A stretch of DNA of 40,000 nucleotides from Vibrio penaeicida (GCF_030689305.1 NZ_JAUYVM010000022.1:14433-54432), one strand, 5' to 3'. Shown: positions 22,569 through 32,036, counted from the first letter of the stretch. Program-made: numbers and translations. The notes: generated by a model from the sequence alone, not told the origin.

Positions 22569-23296
22569 TGTTCATTTGTCCATTGCGTATCTTTAGCAGT
22601 TAGAATTTGTGCTGGATGTGAGCCGTTTTTTAGTCGTTGTTTAACATCGACGAGTCGGTTTGTGAACACTTCTTTTGGCAAAGTATCAAGCATGAATTTT
22701 GAGATTATCCATGTCTCGTAATTGTATCTGTGAATTTCCCTATGTCCGGGAGATTTTGGAGCTTCCCAGTTCAGTTGTTTGTGCTTTTTGAAATTTACCA
22801 GCCAGACGCCATTTAGTGGATCATTTATGCCATAGCCGTAGGCATGAAGGTTGAGCCTGACGTTCATGAGCTCATCTTGGCGATATCTTCCTTTACCTGG
22901 GATGATATGGTGAGCCTCATGGTTTGTGGTTGGTTTCGGCTCTCCTATGGCTGTCAGATTGCGAGCGAGGCGAACGGTGGGGTGGTGCTCTTCGTTATAA
23001 AGAGATTCCAAATCACCCTTGTCTGAAGCCTTTTGGGCTGAAGCTCTGTATTCACTAAGCTGGTTTTGTAAATACACTCGCGCAACTATTTGTCTACGAA
23101 GTACTTTTAAGTGCTGCCAATCTTGCCTCGCGGCTTCTTGACACTCAATGTTTTTTTTCGCGTTTTTAGGGGATGTAGCGTTTCTTTCATTGTGAAACTT
23201 CGCACACTCTTGCTCATACCGGTGAATGGCAAGTTCTAGAGGTGAAGGATTTGAAGGTCTGGGAGACGGAGTAAGCTTTTGATACTGATATTTCAT
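22565..23296 (-). CDS. AHH-family (HNH/EndoVII-fold) nuclease toxin, no recognisable secretion/trafficking domain
   Basis: NHEAHHIIPGKG...LHAYGYGINDPLNGVWL...GHREIH carries the AHH motif set. The listed ORF extends to 23341 (TTG), and the ATG at 23296 is taken as the start. Confidence 0.7.
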   Translation of the reverse strand: MKYQYQKLTPSPRPSNPSPLELAIHRYEQECAKFHNERNATSPKNAKKNIECQEAARQDWQHLKVLRRQIVARVYLQNQLSEYRASAQKASDKGDLESLYNEEHHPTVRLARNLTAIGEPKPTTNHEAHHIIPGKGRYRQDELMNVRLNLHAYGYGINDPLNGVWLVNFKKHKQLNWEAPKSPGHREIHRYNYETWIISKFMLDTLPKEVFTNRLVDVKQRLKNGSHPAQILTAKDTQWTNEQ

Positions 23297-23426
23297 ACAT
23301 ATTTTCCAATGAAAGATATGCTTGGGATAATACATATGCAAATTAGTGTATAAATGAGTAATATGAACTTTTTAGAGGGTGTGCACAATTTTCACTGTCG
23401 TAGTTAAGGTAAGGATAATATGGCTC

Positions 23427-24017
23427 ATGACCGTTTATAGAATCACAGAAAACCCTACTAAATTTAAAACCCTTTCATTGTTGCCGAGTAATTTGGCTGA
23501 ACAATTGGGTGACTTTGACCTTGTCAGAGACATACTTCAACAACCTTCAAATAATGCGCCACTGAAACCAATATGGGGTAAGGTGAATACAGAATTTGCT
23601 GATGTCCTCAATAAAGATTCAGAAACCCCTGATATCAGTATTTGGTGCAATACATTCCTCATATTTTCACCCAAAGCCTATGATTGCTTGCACACACAGT
23701 TGTCCACGTGTGGCGAGTTTTTACCAATCGATGTAAAAAGTGAGACTTGGTACTTCTTTACAGCACTGACATTCGCAAAAGAAAACAAACAGTTAACTGT
23801 CCAAAAAATCGAATACGGTGAATTGATTGGATTGGAAGCACTGGCTTTCGACGAAGAAGACACAAAAGATAAGTACCTCTTCAAATCCATTGAGGAAGGT
23901 CCAGTAAATCTATTCTGTACTGACACCCTTCGAGACCTAGTGACAGAGCATAAGCTGACAGGCATTGGTTTCTCGAAAGACTTAACAGGTATCGATTTTA
24001 TGGGTGAACCGGAGTAA
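23427..24017 (+). CDS. Imm11/DUF1629-like immunity protein paralogue, divergent from toxin operon
   Basis: MTVYRITENPTKFKTLSL...GEFLPIDV...WYFFTAL...YLFKSIE...LFCTDTLR...KLTGIGF parallels 21996-22568. Confidence 0.6.
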   Translation: MTVYRITENPTKFKTLSLLPSNLAEQLGDFDLVRDILQQPSNNAPLKPIWGKVNTEFADVLNKDSETPDISIWCNTFLIFSPKAYDCLHTQLSTCGEFLPIDVKSETWYFFTALTFAKENKQLTVQKIEYGELIGLEALAFDEEDTKDKYLFKSIEEGPVNLFCTDTLRDLVTEHKLTGIGFSKDLTGIDFMGEPE

Positions 24018-24203
24018 ACGGGCCTGAAGTGATAGCGCCATAAGCTGTCATTCAAACCGCCTAACATATTCTCTCTCCCTTTCCTTCTCGGTCATTTGCG
24101 ATTATGGTTATCGCAAGGCAGTGGTGTCGGATGATGAGTTAAGCCCTTAAGTGGTCTGAGATTTCATCGCATTATCTGCACGTTCAAAAAAGAGGGGACA
24201 TTT

Positions 24204-24560
24204 ATGGCGGAGCTTATTACTCATAACACTCCATGGCTCTTAGAGCAGTGGGGACGATGGGCTAGGGTGAATAACGACTTGACCGTGGGCTATCCGTCGA
24301 TCACCTCTTTCACGAAATTGCTGGGCTCGACTTTGCCTTCTCCGCTCATCAATGATGACGATGCCATGTTGGTAGACAGTGCCGTCGCCAGGCTCAATCG
24401 CCGCGATGAAGAGATGGGTCAGGCAGTGGTGTTGTTTTACACCGGTGGCAGTAATGTGTCTCAAGTCGCCAGATGGCTCGATATTGACCGACGCAGAGCG
24501 GATGTTCTAGTGAAATCCGGCACCGCTTGGGTCGACGCGGCTATAGACAACGTGGCTTAA
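24204..24560 (+). CDS. Q: Q-type late-gene antiterminator
   Basis: LLEQWGRWARV...DDDAMLVDSAVARL...VVLFYTGGSNVSQVARWL fits the Phage_antitermQ pattern. It is followed by a promoter and two terminators, then the lysis genes. Confidence 0.65.
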   Translation: MAELITHNTPWLLEQWGRWARVNNDLTVGYPSITSFTKLLGSTLPSPLINDDDAMLVDSAVARLNRRDEEMGQAVVLFYTGGSNVSQVARWLDIDRRRADVLVKSGTAWVDAAIDNVA

Positions 24561-24576
24561 CGTTATGTCAAAATAG

Positions 24577-24605
24577 TTGATTTTTTGTACACAACCAACT
24601 AGATT
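24577..24605 (+). promoter_or_regulatory. Late promoter (pR'-like) candidate
   Basis: TTGATT at 24577-24582, a 17-nt spacer, then TAGATT at 24600-24605. It lies directly downstream of Q. Confidence 0.5.
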
Positions 24606-24628
24606 AAATCTCATATTATGAAGATATG

Positions 24629-24660
24629 CGCCCTGAACTCAGTTCGGGGCGTTTTCGTTT
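24629..24660 (+). terminator. Rho-independent terminator 1 in late leader (tR'-like)
   Basis: CGCCCTGAAC-TCA-GTTCGGGGCG stem-loop followed by TTTTCGTTT. Confidence 0.75.
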
Positions 24661-24664
24661 GTAA

Positions 24665-24700
24665 ACCCGGTTGCCTTAAGGTGCCGGGTTTTCGTGTTTT
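24665..24700 (+). terminator. Rho-independent terminator 2 in late leader
   Basis: ACCCGG...CCGGGT stem followed by TTTCGTGTTTT. It sits immediately before the endolysin RBS AAGGAG. Confidence 0.6.
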
Positions 24701-24712
24701 AAGGAGCGCAGA

Positions 24713-25123
24713 ATGAATCTGACCGAGCAGTTGAAAAGGCACGAAGGGTTTCGGCGTTACCCTTATCACTGCAGCGCGGGCAAGTTAACCATTGGCTTTG
24801 GCCGTAACCTTGAAGATGTAGGCATTGATAAAGAGGAAGCCGAGCGACTTCTTGAAAACGATGTGCAGAAGGTGAAAACCGCGCTCGTCAGGAAGTTACC
24901 TTGGTATCAGACAATCTCTCCGGTCAGACAAGCCGTGCTTGAAAATATGGCGTTTAACATGGGCGTTGCCGGGCTTTTGACCTTTAAGAAAATGCTCAGA
25001 ACCGTGAAATCGGGCGATTACGCCTCCGCTTCCAATGAAATGTTAGATAGCCTATGGGCGAAGCAGGTGGGCAAACGAGCCACGGAGCTTGCTGAGCAGA
25101 TGAAAACCGGGAGGTGGGCATGA
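24713..25123 (+). CDS. Endolysin, T4-lysozyme-like (GH24)
   Basis: MNLTEQLKRHEGFRRYPYHCSAGKLTIGFGRNL carries the E-x8-(D/C)-x5-T catalytic triad spacing. Confidence 0.85.
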   Translation: MNLTEQLKRHEGFRRYPYHCSAGKLTIGFGRNLEDVGIDKEEAERLLENDVQKVKTALVRKLPWYQTISPVRQAVLENMAFNMGVAGLLTFKKMLRTVKSGDYASASNEMLDSLWAKQVGKRATELAEQMKTGRWA

Positions 25124-25524
25124 GCATTTGGAATGTCCTTACCGGATTGGTCAAACCCGTCACTGACGTGATTGATGCCTTGCACACCAGTGATGAAGAA
25201 CGGCTTCAAATTAAAGCCAAACTGTTTGAGATGCAAAACGCCATGGCCACTCAGGTGATGGATTACGAAGCGAGGCTCCTGGAGGCGAAAGCCCAGGTCA
25301 TTACCGCCGAAGCACAAGGGGCGAGCTGGTTACAGCGTAATTGGAGACCCGTCACCATGCTGACGTTCTTGGCGCTGGTCGTCGCAGATACCTTTGGTTT
25401 GACTGAGTTTCGTTTGTCAGATGAAGCCTGGACACTATTGCAGATAGGTCTGGGCGGCTATGTGGTGGGGCGCAGCGCAGAAAAAATCGTTCCCAAAGTC
25501 AACGATGTAATGAAAAAGGACTGA
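25120..25524 (+). CDS. Holin-like membrane protein (GTA_holin_3TM/DUF3154-like)
   Basis: The ATG overlaps the endolysin stop (ATGA). ...AEAQGASWLQRNWRPVTMLTFLALVVADTFGL... fits the pattern. Confidence 0.5.
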   Translation: MSIWNVLTGLVKPVTDVIDALHTSDEERLQIKAKLFEMQNAMATQVMDYEARLLEAKAQVITAEAQGASWLQRNWRPVTMLTFLALVVADTFGLTEFRLSDEAWTLLQIGLGGYVVGRSAEKIVPKVNDVMKKD

Positions 25525-25527
25525 GGC

Positions 25528-25722
25528 ATGGTCGAGAGAGCGGCGGTGACGACCACTTACAGCGCTTCTGCCATTACTGTGCTGGCTGGACTCACCATCA
25601 ATGAATGGGTGGCACTGGGAGGGCTTCTTATCGGGTTAGCGGGCTTAGCCATAAACTGGTGGTTTAAAAAAGAGCACCTCAAACTGGTTCGAAGAAGGGA
25701 GCATGATGAAGATGAATCATAG
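25528..25722 (+). CDS. Small two-TM lysis-cassette protein (holin/antiholin candidate)
   Basis: 64 aa. Hydrophobic segments are AITVLAGLTINEWVALGGLLIGLAGLAINWWF, with a charged C-terminus. Confidence 0.5.
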   Translation: MVERAAVTTTYSASAITVLAGLTINEWVALGGLLIGLAGLAINWWFKKEHLKLVRRREHDEDES

Positions 25723-25752
25723 TAACCGGCTGCGAAATGACGGAGTGTAAGT

Positions 25753-26187
25753 ATGCCGACATGCAAACGCACTCAGCGCCGGGACAATCGATTCTTTGAT
25801 GCCCTTGAAGCGGGCTTTGGGGTCGGAGAAGCGGCGCGCCGTGCTGGCTATTCCCGAAGAAGCACCTACGACTACCGAGACCAGGACGCAGACTTTGCCA
25901 AACGCTGGGAAGAGGCGATTGAGAGCCACGTTGAAGCCCTTGAAATTGAAGCGGACAGACGAGCCAGTGTTGGGGTTGAAGAGCCGGTATTTTACAAAGG
26001 GAAAGAATGCGGACGGGTTCGAAAGTACTCAGACAATCTCCTGATGTTTCGCCTGAAAGCACTGGCACCGGAAAAGTATCGAGAACGCCGGGAATTGACA
26101 GGCAAAGACGGGGGACCGATTGAGACCGCCGTGTCGTTTACCTGCATGGTACTAGAAGCCGTTGATGGACAAACCCGATCTAAATAA
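25753..26187 (+). CDS. Terminase small subunit
   Basis: An N-terminal HTH-like region (FFDALEAGFGVGEAARRAGYSRRSTYDY), then ...NLLMFRLKALAPEKYRE. It lies directly upstream of the large subunit. Confidence 0.65.
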   Translation: MPTCKRTQRRDNRFFDALEAGFGVGEAARRAGYSRRSTYDYRDQDADFAKRWEEAIESHVEALEIEADRRASVGVEEPVFYKGKECGRVRKYSDNLLMFRLKALAPEKYRERRELTGKDGGPIETAVSFTCMVLEAVDGQTRSK

Positions 26188-27658
26188 AGCCATTGCCTTA
26201 CTGGGTGACCGGAAATGGCGGTTAAACCACCTGTATTACATCGAGGACAAAAAAGGGCAGGTCGTACGATTTCAACTGAATGCGGCGCAGGAAAACCTGC
26301 TCCATAATCTTCACTATCTCAACCTGATTTTAAAAGCCCGGCAGATGGGCTTTAGCACATTCATTCTTTTGCTTGCTTTGGATTGTTGTCTGTTCAATTC
26401 CAACTTAGCCGCCGGGTTGGTCGCGGACACGCTGGACAATGCCAAAGGCTTGCTCAGTCGTATCAAATTTGCTTATGAGCGTTTGCCCGCTGATATCAAG
26501 CAGGCAGTGCCTGTGCTGACGGACAACGCGTTAGAGGTACGATTTGGCAACGAAAGTTCGGTGGAAGTCGGGGTATCACTGCGGTCGAGCACCAAGAACT
26601 TTCTGCACATTTCTGAATACGGCAAAATTTGCGCGCAATCGCCGGACAAAGCCAGTGAGATCCGTTCGGGTGCATTAAACACGTTGGCACACGGACAACT
26701 GGGGTTCATTGAAAGTACGGCAGAGGGAAGAGGCGGGGACTTTTTCAACAAAACCGAGCAGGCGAGAAAGATCCAGGACGAAGGACGTGACCTGCTGGAC
26801 ATGGAATGGAAGTTTCACTTCTTTCCCTGGTTTCAGGATCCGTCCTACCAAACCCGTGACCGTATTCGGATGACGGCAGACGAGATGAAATACTTTGATG
26901 AACTCGCCACTGAGTTCGGTATTTCGCTTACAGAAGATCAACAACACTGGTACGTATTGAAATGGCGTGAACAAGCCGAAGACATGAAAAAAGAATACCC
27001 GTCGACACCGGAAGAAGCGTTTTCCGGAGCGCGTGAAGGGGCGTATTTCGGCAAACCTATTCAGGCACTGCGACAGCGTGGAAAGATTGGTGGTTTCGAG
27101 TTTGAACCTCGGAGTGTGGTCAATACGTTCTGGGATTTAGGGGTATCAGACAGCACGACCATCTGGCTTCACCAGGAAATCGCGGGCAAACATCGCTTTG
27201 TCGGGTACTACGAAAACAGTGGTGAAGGCATCGCTCATTATATTGACTGGCTCGACCGTTGGCGAACCCAACGTGATGCCCGTTTTGGTCGTCACTTCGG
27301 TCCTCATGACGTCGAGCACCGAAAACAGGGACTCGAAGCGAAATCCATCAAACACATTGCGGCGGAAATAGGTTTCGCGTTTGAGGTCGTCCCAAGAACC
27401 CCGGACAAACTCAATTCCATACAGTCGGTGAGAACTGTATTGCCGGAGTGCGAGTTTGACGCCTCCGCGTGCGATGAAGGGATCCTGCATTTGGAAAACT
27501 ACAGCCGAGATTGGGATGACAAGTATGGCGTCTGGAAACGACACCCACGTCATGATGAGCACTCGCACGGGGCAGATGCATTCATGGTATTCGCAGACGG
27601 GTATCAGTCAGACACCTCGGTGAAGGTTCCAGAGTACAAAGTGAGAAAGGTGGTTTAG
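26165..27658 (+). CDS. Terminase large subunit
   Basis: About 497 aa. ILKARQMGFST is a Walker-A variant typical of P22/Sf6-type TerL. A C-terminal nuclease-like region is present. Confidence 0.85.
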   Translation: MDKPDLNKAIALLGDRKWRLNHLYYIEDKKGQVVRFQLNAAQENLLHNLHYLNLILKARQMGFSTFILLLALDCCLFNSNLAAGLVADTLDNAKGLLSRIKFAYERLPADIKQAVPVLTDNALEVRFGNESSVEVGVSLRSSTKNFLHISEYGKICAQSPDKASEIRSGALNTLAHGQLGFIESTAEGRGGDFFNKTEQARKIQDEGRDLLDMEWKFHFFPWFQDPSYQTRDRIRMTADEMKYFDELATEFGISLTEDQQHWYVLKWREQAEDMKKEYPSTPEEAFSGAREGAYFGKPIQALRQRGKIGGFEFEPRSVVNTFWDLGVSDSTTIWLHQEIAGKHRFVGYYENSGEGIAHYIDWLDRWRTQRDARFGRHFGPHDVEHRKQGLEAKSIKHIAAEIGFAFEVVPRTPDKLNSIQSVRTVLPECEFDASACDEGILHLENYSRDWDDKYGVWKRHPRHDEHSHGADAFMVFADGYQSDTSVKVPEYKVRKVV

Positions 27659-27916
27659 ATGCAGACAACGCAAATACTGGTCAGGGATAATCATTGGTCA
27701 GAAATCACGCTCTCTTCGACGGGAGTTATCTTATCACGAGCCGCTGAAGGTGTCTTGCTGTCGGTGGGCAGCACCGCACCATTGCAAAACCAACATGCCC
27801 ATGAAGTTTCTGGTGCTGACGCCTATAAAGGGCTTTCAATAGGTGGCTTGTCCAGTACAGACAAAGTCTATTTGAAAAGTCTCAAAGGTGATCAGTATCT
27901 TGTGGTGACGTACTGA
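27659..27916 (+). CDS. Hypothetical protein
   Basis: 85-aa ORF tightly packed between the terminase and the next ORF. Confidence 0.4.
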   Translation: MQTTQILVRDNHWSEITLSSTGVILSRAAEGVLLSVGSTAPLQNQHAHEVSGADAYKGLSIGGLSSTDKVYLKSLKGDQYLVVTY

Positions 27917-28656
27917 TGGAATGGGATATAGGGCGCTTTGGTTTCACCCCCGATATGACAGGGTTTCGCTTCATTCAGGTCGCCAAGCCTTTTAGACCAT
28001 CGGATGTGCGAGGTTTCATTGGGTGGTACGACGCCAGCCAGGAAAACACCATCACGCTAAACGGCAATGAAATTACGCGGATAGATAACCGAGTCGCAAG
28101 TGGTCGGCCCATTGAAGCGCTGGCTTATGGTGGTCCCGATTATGTCCCAAGCCATGCTGTGGCTAACGGTATGCCCGCTGCTGTCTGGCCCCAATTAGAT
28201 AACAAAAAGGGGCTAGGATTAGGGGTCGATGCCAGTGTTAAACACCTGTTTGTGGTTGCGGCTTATAAAAACGGGGTAGAAGATCGATTCAGTCAATACA
28301 ACACCATCTATACCGACCTCTCTGGTATATCGGAAATTAGCTCAGCTCGCGTTATGGGGACGTTGAATGCATCAAGCATATTCAATCAAGCTGAGTTCGG
28401 TGTGTTGGCTTCGGTCAATGATAGACAATTGACCAATGCGACTACATTATTGCCGCTCCCTCTGTCTGTGTTGCATTTTAGCCAACTTGGGCCGTTTAAT
28501 ATCTCCGCATTTGGCTCTAATAATGCCGGTAGTGGTGCCAATCGAGCGTGGCAGGGGTGTGTATGTGAAGTGCTGGCATTCAGTTTGGACATCGCTCCCT
28601 CAGAGGTGCAGAAGATTAAAGATTACTTGTATCCAAAATGGGGGATCCAGCCGTGA
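27916..28656 (+). CDS. Hypothetical protein, possibly LamG/concanavalin-like jelly-roll
   Basis: The C-terminal ...WQGCVCEVLAFSLDIAPSEVQKIKDYLYPKWGI resembles LamG-type domain ends. The assignment is weak. Confidence 0.3.
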   Translation: MEWDIGRFGFTPDMTGFRFIQVAKPFRPSDVRGFIGWYDASQENTITLNGNEITRIDNRVASGRPIEALAYGGPDYVPSHAVANGMPAAVWPQLDNKKGLGLGVDASVKHLFVVAAYKNGVEDRFSQYNTIYTDLSGISEISSARVMGTLNASSIFNQAEFGVLASVNDRQLTNATTLLPLPLSVLHFSQLGPFNISAFGSNNAGSGANRAWQGCVCEVLAFSLDIAPSEVQKIKDYLYPKWGIQP

Positions 28657-30779
28657 TTGACGAGCCCTTAGGCAAAGATCATGATCGCCTGACCAGCCAT
28701 ATAGCCGGGCTTATTGATGCCTGTGAGCAATACTCTGAAGAACAAAAGTCCAGTCGTGATAGGTCACTGAATTACTACAACGGAGAAATGGACGATCTGA
28801 CGCCAGAGGAAGGGCGCTCGGCGTCCGTATCAAAGGACGTTCGTAGTGTCATCAAAAAGCTGATGCCCTCCATCATGCGTACGGTGTTATCGAACGACAA
28901 GATTGTCGATTACGAACCCGTTGGACCGGAAGATGAAGAGAGCGCAGAACAAGCCACCGACTACGTCAATCATGTGGTGGTACCGGAATGCGGAGCGGAG
29001 CAGGCCATTCATGATGCCGTGTTTGATGCGCTGTTGGTCAAAACGGGGGTTTTAAAATGGACGGCGTACTCTCGAAAACAGATCAAGGTCTACGAATTCA
29101 CCAACCAACCTTCTTCGGCGTTACTGGGACTCGAAGGAGAAGCAGACATTGACATCATTGCGCTTCAGGAACGACCGGAAAAAGATACACCAGATAATGA
29201 CCCCGACACCCAGCGCTATGATTTTAAACTTCGGCGTATTGAAGACCAGATCGATATCCAGCTTGAAGCCATACCACGAGGCGCCTTTTTGATCTATCCG
29301 GGCAGTACCAACATTGAAGAGAGTCCGATTGTGGGGGAGCGCCAAATTGTAACCCGATCCGAACTGGTGAGTCGTGGTTACGATAAAGAAGACATTGCCA
29401 GCCTGCCTGAGTATGACCGAAGTGGTGACGAGGATGACAGCCATTCGAGGCAAGGGGACGACTGGAGTGACAACCGAACGCAAACATCGAGCGCAATGGA
29501 CTCTGTCCTGATTTATGAAGTGTATGTACGGCTGGATCTGGATGACGATGGTATTGCTGAACTTTACAAGATGTGTTTTGCCGAGTGCAGTCAGGACCAG
29601 GAAGGAAAACACCTAATTCTAGCCATGGAAGCGGTCAGTGACGTGCCATACGCCGAGGTGGTGGCAGAGCGTGAAGCACACCATTTTGAAGGTCATTCGG
29701 TGGCAGAAGACGTGGTGGACATACAGCGTATCAAAACCGCTTTGCTCCGGGAAACCCTCGATAACATCTACTGGCAAAATAAAAAACAACCCGCACTCGA
29801 CCCTTCAAAGCTGACAGAAAGTGGGATAGAAGCCGTCTACAACCCGGCATTTGGTAAACCGATTACCTTGAAGTCCGGGGCGAACGTTCATGATGCGGTT
29901 CAGTGGATGGAGGTGCCGTTTGTGGCAGACAAGTCCTTTGGCATGATGGACTACCTGGACAACGTCGTTCGCGACCGCACCGGTATTACCGACCAGTCTG
30001 GCGGACTCGACCCCGAGGCTTTTCAGGGTATGACCGCCACCTCTGTACAGTTGATGTCTGAAAGTGGGATTGCCCAGGCGGAAATGATCATCCGTTCTCT
30101 TACACGTGGCATTCGAAAAGCCTTTAAAGGGCTACTGAAACTGGTGATTGCTCATGCGGACGAACCTCGCACGGTACGTCTTCGGGGGGAGTGGGTTGAA
30201 TACGACCCTCGCCACTGGAATGTGGATATGGATTGCAAAGTGAATGTGGGGCTGGGGGCGGGTTCAAAAGAACGCGATCTGACCGTACTGCAATTGATCC
30301 TCGGTTTACAGAAAGAGATTTTGGCCTCTATCGGTGCCGACAACCCCTTCGTCAAACCCAACCAGCTGTACAACGTTTTGGAAAAAATCACCGAAACAGC
30401 GGGTTTCCCCAGTGCAGAGCCTTACTTCACCAAACCCAATGAGGAAGAGATTGCGGCAAAACTGCAGCAAGAGGGCCCGACCGAGGCAGAAATGAAACTT
30501 CAGGCACAGATGCAGTTAGAGCAGATGAAGGCGAGTGCCAGATCTGCCATTGAACAGGCTCAGATGGAAGCGGACATCCGAGTTCAACAGGCCGAATTGG
30601 AAAAAGACACTCAACTTCAGATGATGAAGGCGCAGCAAGCCCGAGAACTGGCGGTAATGAAAGGCGAACTCGACCTTTTAAAACACCGTGAAAAACTGCA
30701 GTTTGAGCGGGAAAAAGCTGGGCTCGATACTGGATCATTAAGCCCGTTTACGGCTGGACATTTATACGATGGCACATAA
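28638..30779 (+). CDS. Portal protein (P22-like size with C-terminal coiled-coil barrel)
   Basis: 713 aa located after the terminase. It has a long helical Q/E/K-rich C-terminus (QAQMQLEQMKASARSAIEQAQMEADIRVQQAELEKD...). Confidence 0.75.
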   Translation: MGDPAVIDEPLGKDHDRLTSHIAGLIDACEQYSEEQKSSRDRSLNYYNGEMDDLTPEEGRSASVSKDVRSVIKKLMPSIMRTVLSNDKIVDYEPVGPEDEESAEQATDYVNHVVVPECGAEQAIHDAVFDALLVKTGVLKWTAYSRKQIKVYEFTNQPSSALLGLEGEADIDIIALQERPEKDTPDNDPDTQRYDFKLRRIEDQIDIQLEAIPRGAFLIYPGSTNIEESPIVGERQIVTRSELVSRGYDKEDIASLPEYDRSGDEDDSHSRQGDDWSDNRTQTSSAMDSVLIYEVYVRLDLDDDGIAELYKMCFAECSQDQEGKHLILAMEAVSDVPYAEVVAEREAHHFEGHSVAEDVVDIQRIKTALLRETLDNIYWQNKKQPALDPSKLTESGIEAVYNPAFGKPITLKSGANVHDAVQWMEVPFVADKSFGMMDYLDNVVRDRTGITDQSGGLDPEAFQGMTATSVQLMSESGIAQAEMIIRSLTRGIRKAFKGLLKLVIAHADEPRTVRLRGEWVEYDPRHWNVDMDCKVNVGLGAGSKERDLTVLQLILGLQKEILASIGADNPFVKPNQLYNVLEKITETAGFPSAEPYFTKPNEEEIAAKLQQEGPTEAEMKLQAQMQLEQMKASARSAIEQAQMEADIRVQQAELEKDTQLQMMKAQQARELAVMKGELDLLKHREKLQFEREKAGLDTGSLSPFTAGHLYDGT

Positions 30780-31005
30780 AGCATCACCCAATGGGGAAGC
30801 CGAAAGGCTATTGAACCACCCCCTTATTCACCAAATTTTGGACGATCTGGAACGCGACGCGTTGGACGCGATAATCAATACCAATGACGAAAAACATCGC
30901 GCAGAAAACGTTTGGGAAGTTCGTTCTATCCGATCTTTACGGCAGAAGTTAAAGACCCTTGCTGAGGGCAAGACCATCCTGCCTAAAAAAGGCACCGTAG
31001 CGTAA
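30769..31005 (+). CDS. Hypothetical small protein
   Basis: 78-aa ORF overlapping the portal stop. Confidence 0.4.
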   Translation: MAHKASPNGEAERLLNHPLIHQILDDLERDALDAIINTNDEKHRAENVWEVRSIRSLRQKLKTLAEGKTILPKKGTVA

Positions 31006-31044
31006 TGCTTGGTGCGAACCGACGACATGAGAGGACGTTGAGAC

Positions 31045-32010
31045 ATGCCAGAGCAAGAACAACACCTTGAAGGCGATATCACCATCGACAAGGATACGGC
31101 AGACAGAGCATTGGATGAGGATCACGAGTTTGACACCCTTGAAGATGCGATGGATGCACTCGGAGACGATGACACCGTAATCGACGAGCCCACCGAATCT
31201 AAAGATTTGGACTCAACATCTGACGATGATCTGTCTTTGGATGCCGAAGAGGCATCTGACGAGGCGGACGTTGAAGACAGCCATGATGAGTCAGTCACGT
31301 TAGATGATGGAGAATCTGTTCAGCTGGACGAGCTGAAAAAGGGCTATTTCCGTCAAAAGGATTACACCCACAAGACTGAAGCCCTGGCGCAGGAGCGCAA
31401 AGCCGTGGCGACCTTACGAGAGAACTACGACCAACAGGCTCAGTCACTCCAAACAGCGTATCAAAACCTGACCCAGTTTTTGGAAAGCCTTATCCCACCC
31501 GAACCGGATTTGGGACTGGCACAAAGTGATCCCGCCGCTTTTCAGTACCAAACCGCCTTGCGCAATAGTGCGGTCGCGGAAATTGAGAAAGTGTATACGG
31601 CGAGTGAGCAAGCACAGAGCACGATACAGGCAGCCAGTGAGCAAGACAAAGCCCACGTGCGTTCAGAAGAAGACGCAAAACTGCTTAATGCCATGCCTAT
31701 GCTTAAGGACCCCGGTCGTCGGGCATCGTTCGATGCCGCGAACAAAAAGACGGCTCTGGAGTTTGGTTTTTCTGAACAGGACATCGAATCGACAGCGGAT
31801 CACCGCATCTTGCAACTGGTGCATTACGCCCGAATTGGCAAGGTCGCGGAGAAAAATCGCAAAAATGCTCGTCGCCGTCTGACTGAAAAACCGAGCAAGG
31901 GCAACCGGTCCACTCCTGCACCAGGCAAACCACCCAAAAATCGAGAGGCCATGAAACGCTTAACCGAATCAGGGACGTTGGAAGACGCCATGGCGGTGGA
32001 TTTCGACTGA
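31045..32010 (+). CDS. Scaffolding protein candidate
   Basis: It has a highly acidic N-terminus followed by a helical region. It lies between the portal and the major capsid gene. Confidence 0.5.
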   Translation: MPEQEQHLEGDITIDKDTADRALDEDHEFDTLEDAMDALGDDDTVIDEPTESKDLDSTSDDDLSLDAEEASDEADVEDSHDESVTLDDGESVQLDELKKGYFRQKDYTHKTEALAQERKAVATLRENYDQQAQSLQTAYQNLTQFLESLIPPEPDLGLAQSDPAAFQYQTALRNSAVAEIEKVYTASEQAQSTIQAASEQDKAHVRSEEDAKLLNAMPMLKDPGRRASFDAANKKTALEFGFSEQDIESTADHRILQLVHYARIGKVAEKNRKNARRRLTEKPSKGNRSTPAPGKPPKNREAMKRLTESGTLEDAMAVDFD

Positions 32011-32036
32011 TCCTTTGAAAAAGAGAGGAAAGCCAA

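Noticed and set aside
24059-24144. GCCTAAC ... GTTAAGC pair (86 bp) with central palindrome TTGCGAT-N7-ATCGCAA as a terminal attC
   Set aside because: The cores match RYYYAAC/GTTRRRY, but the arms next to them are not complementary and there is no similarity to the other attC sites. It may be chance or a highly decayed site.
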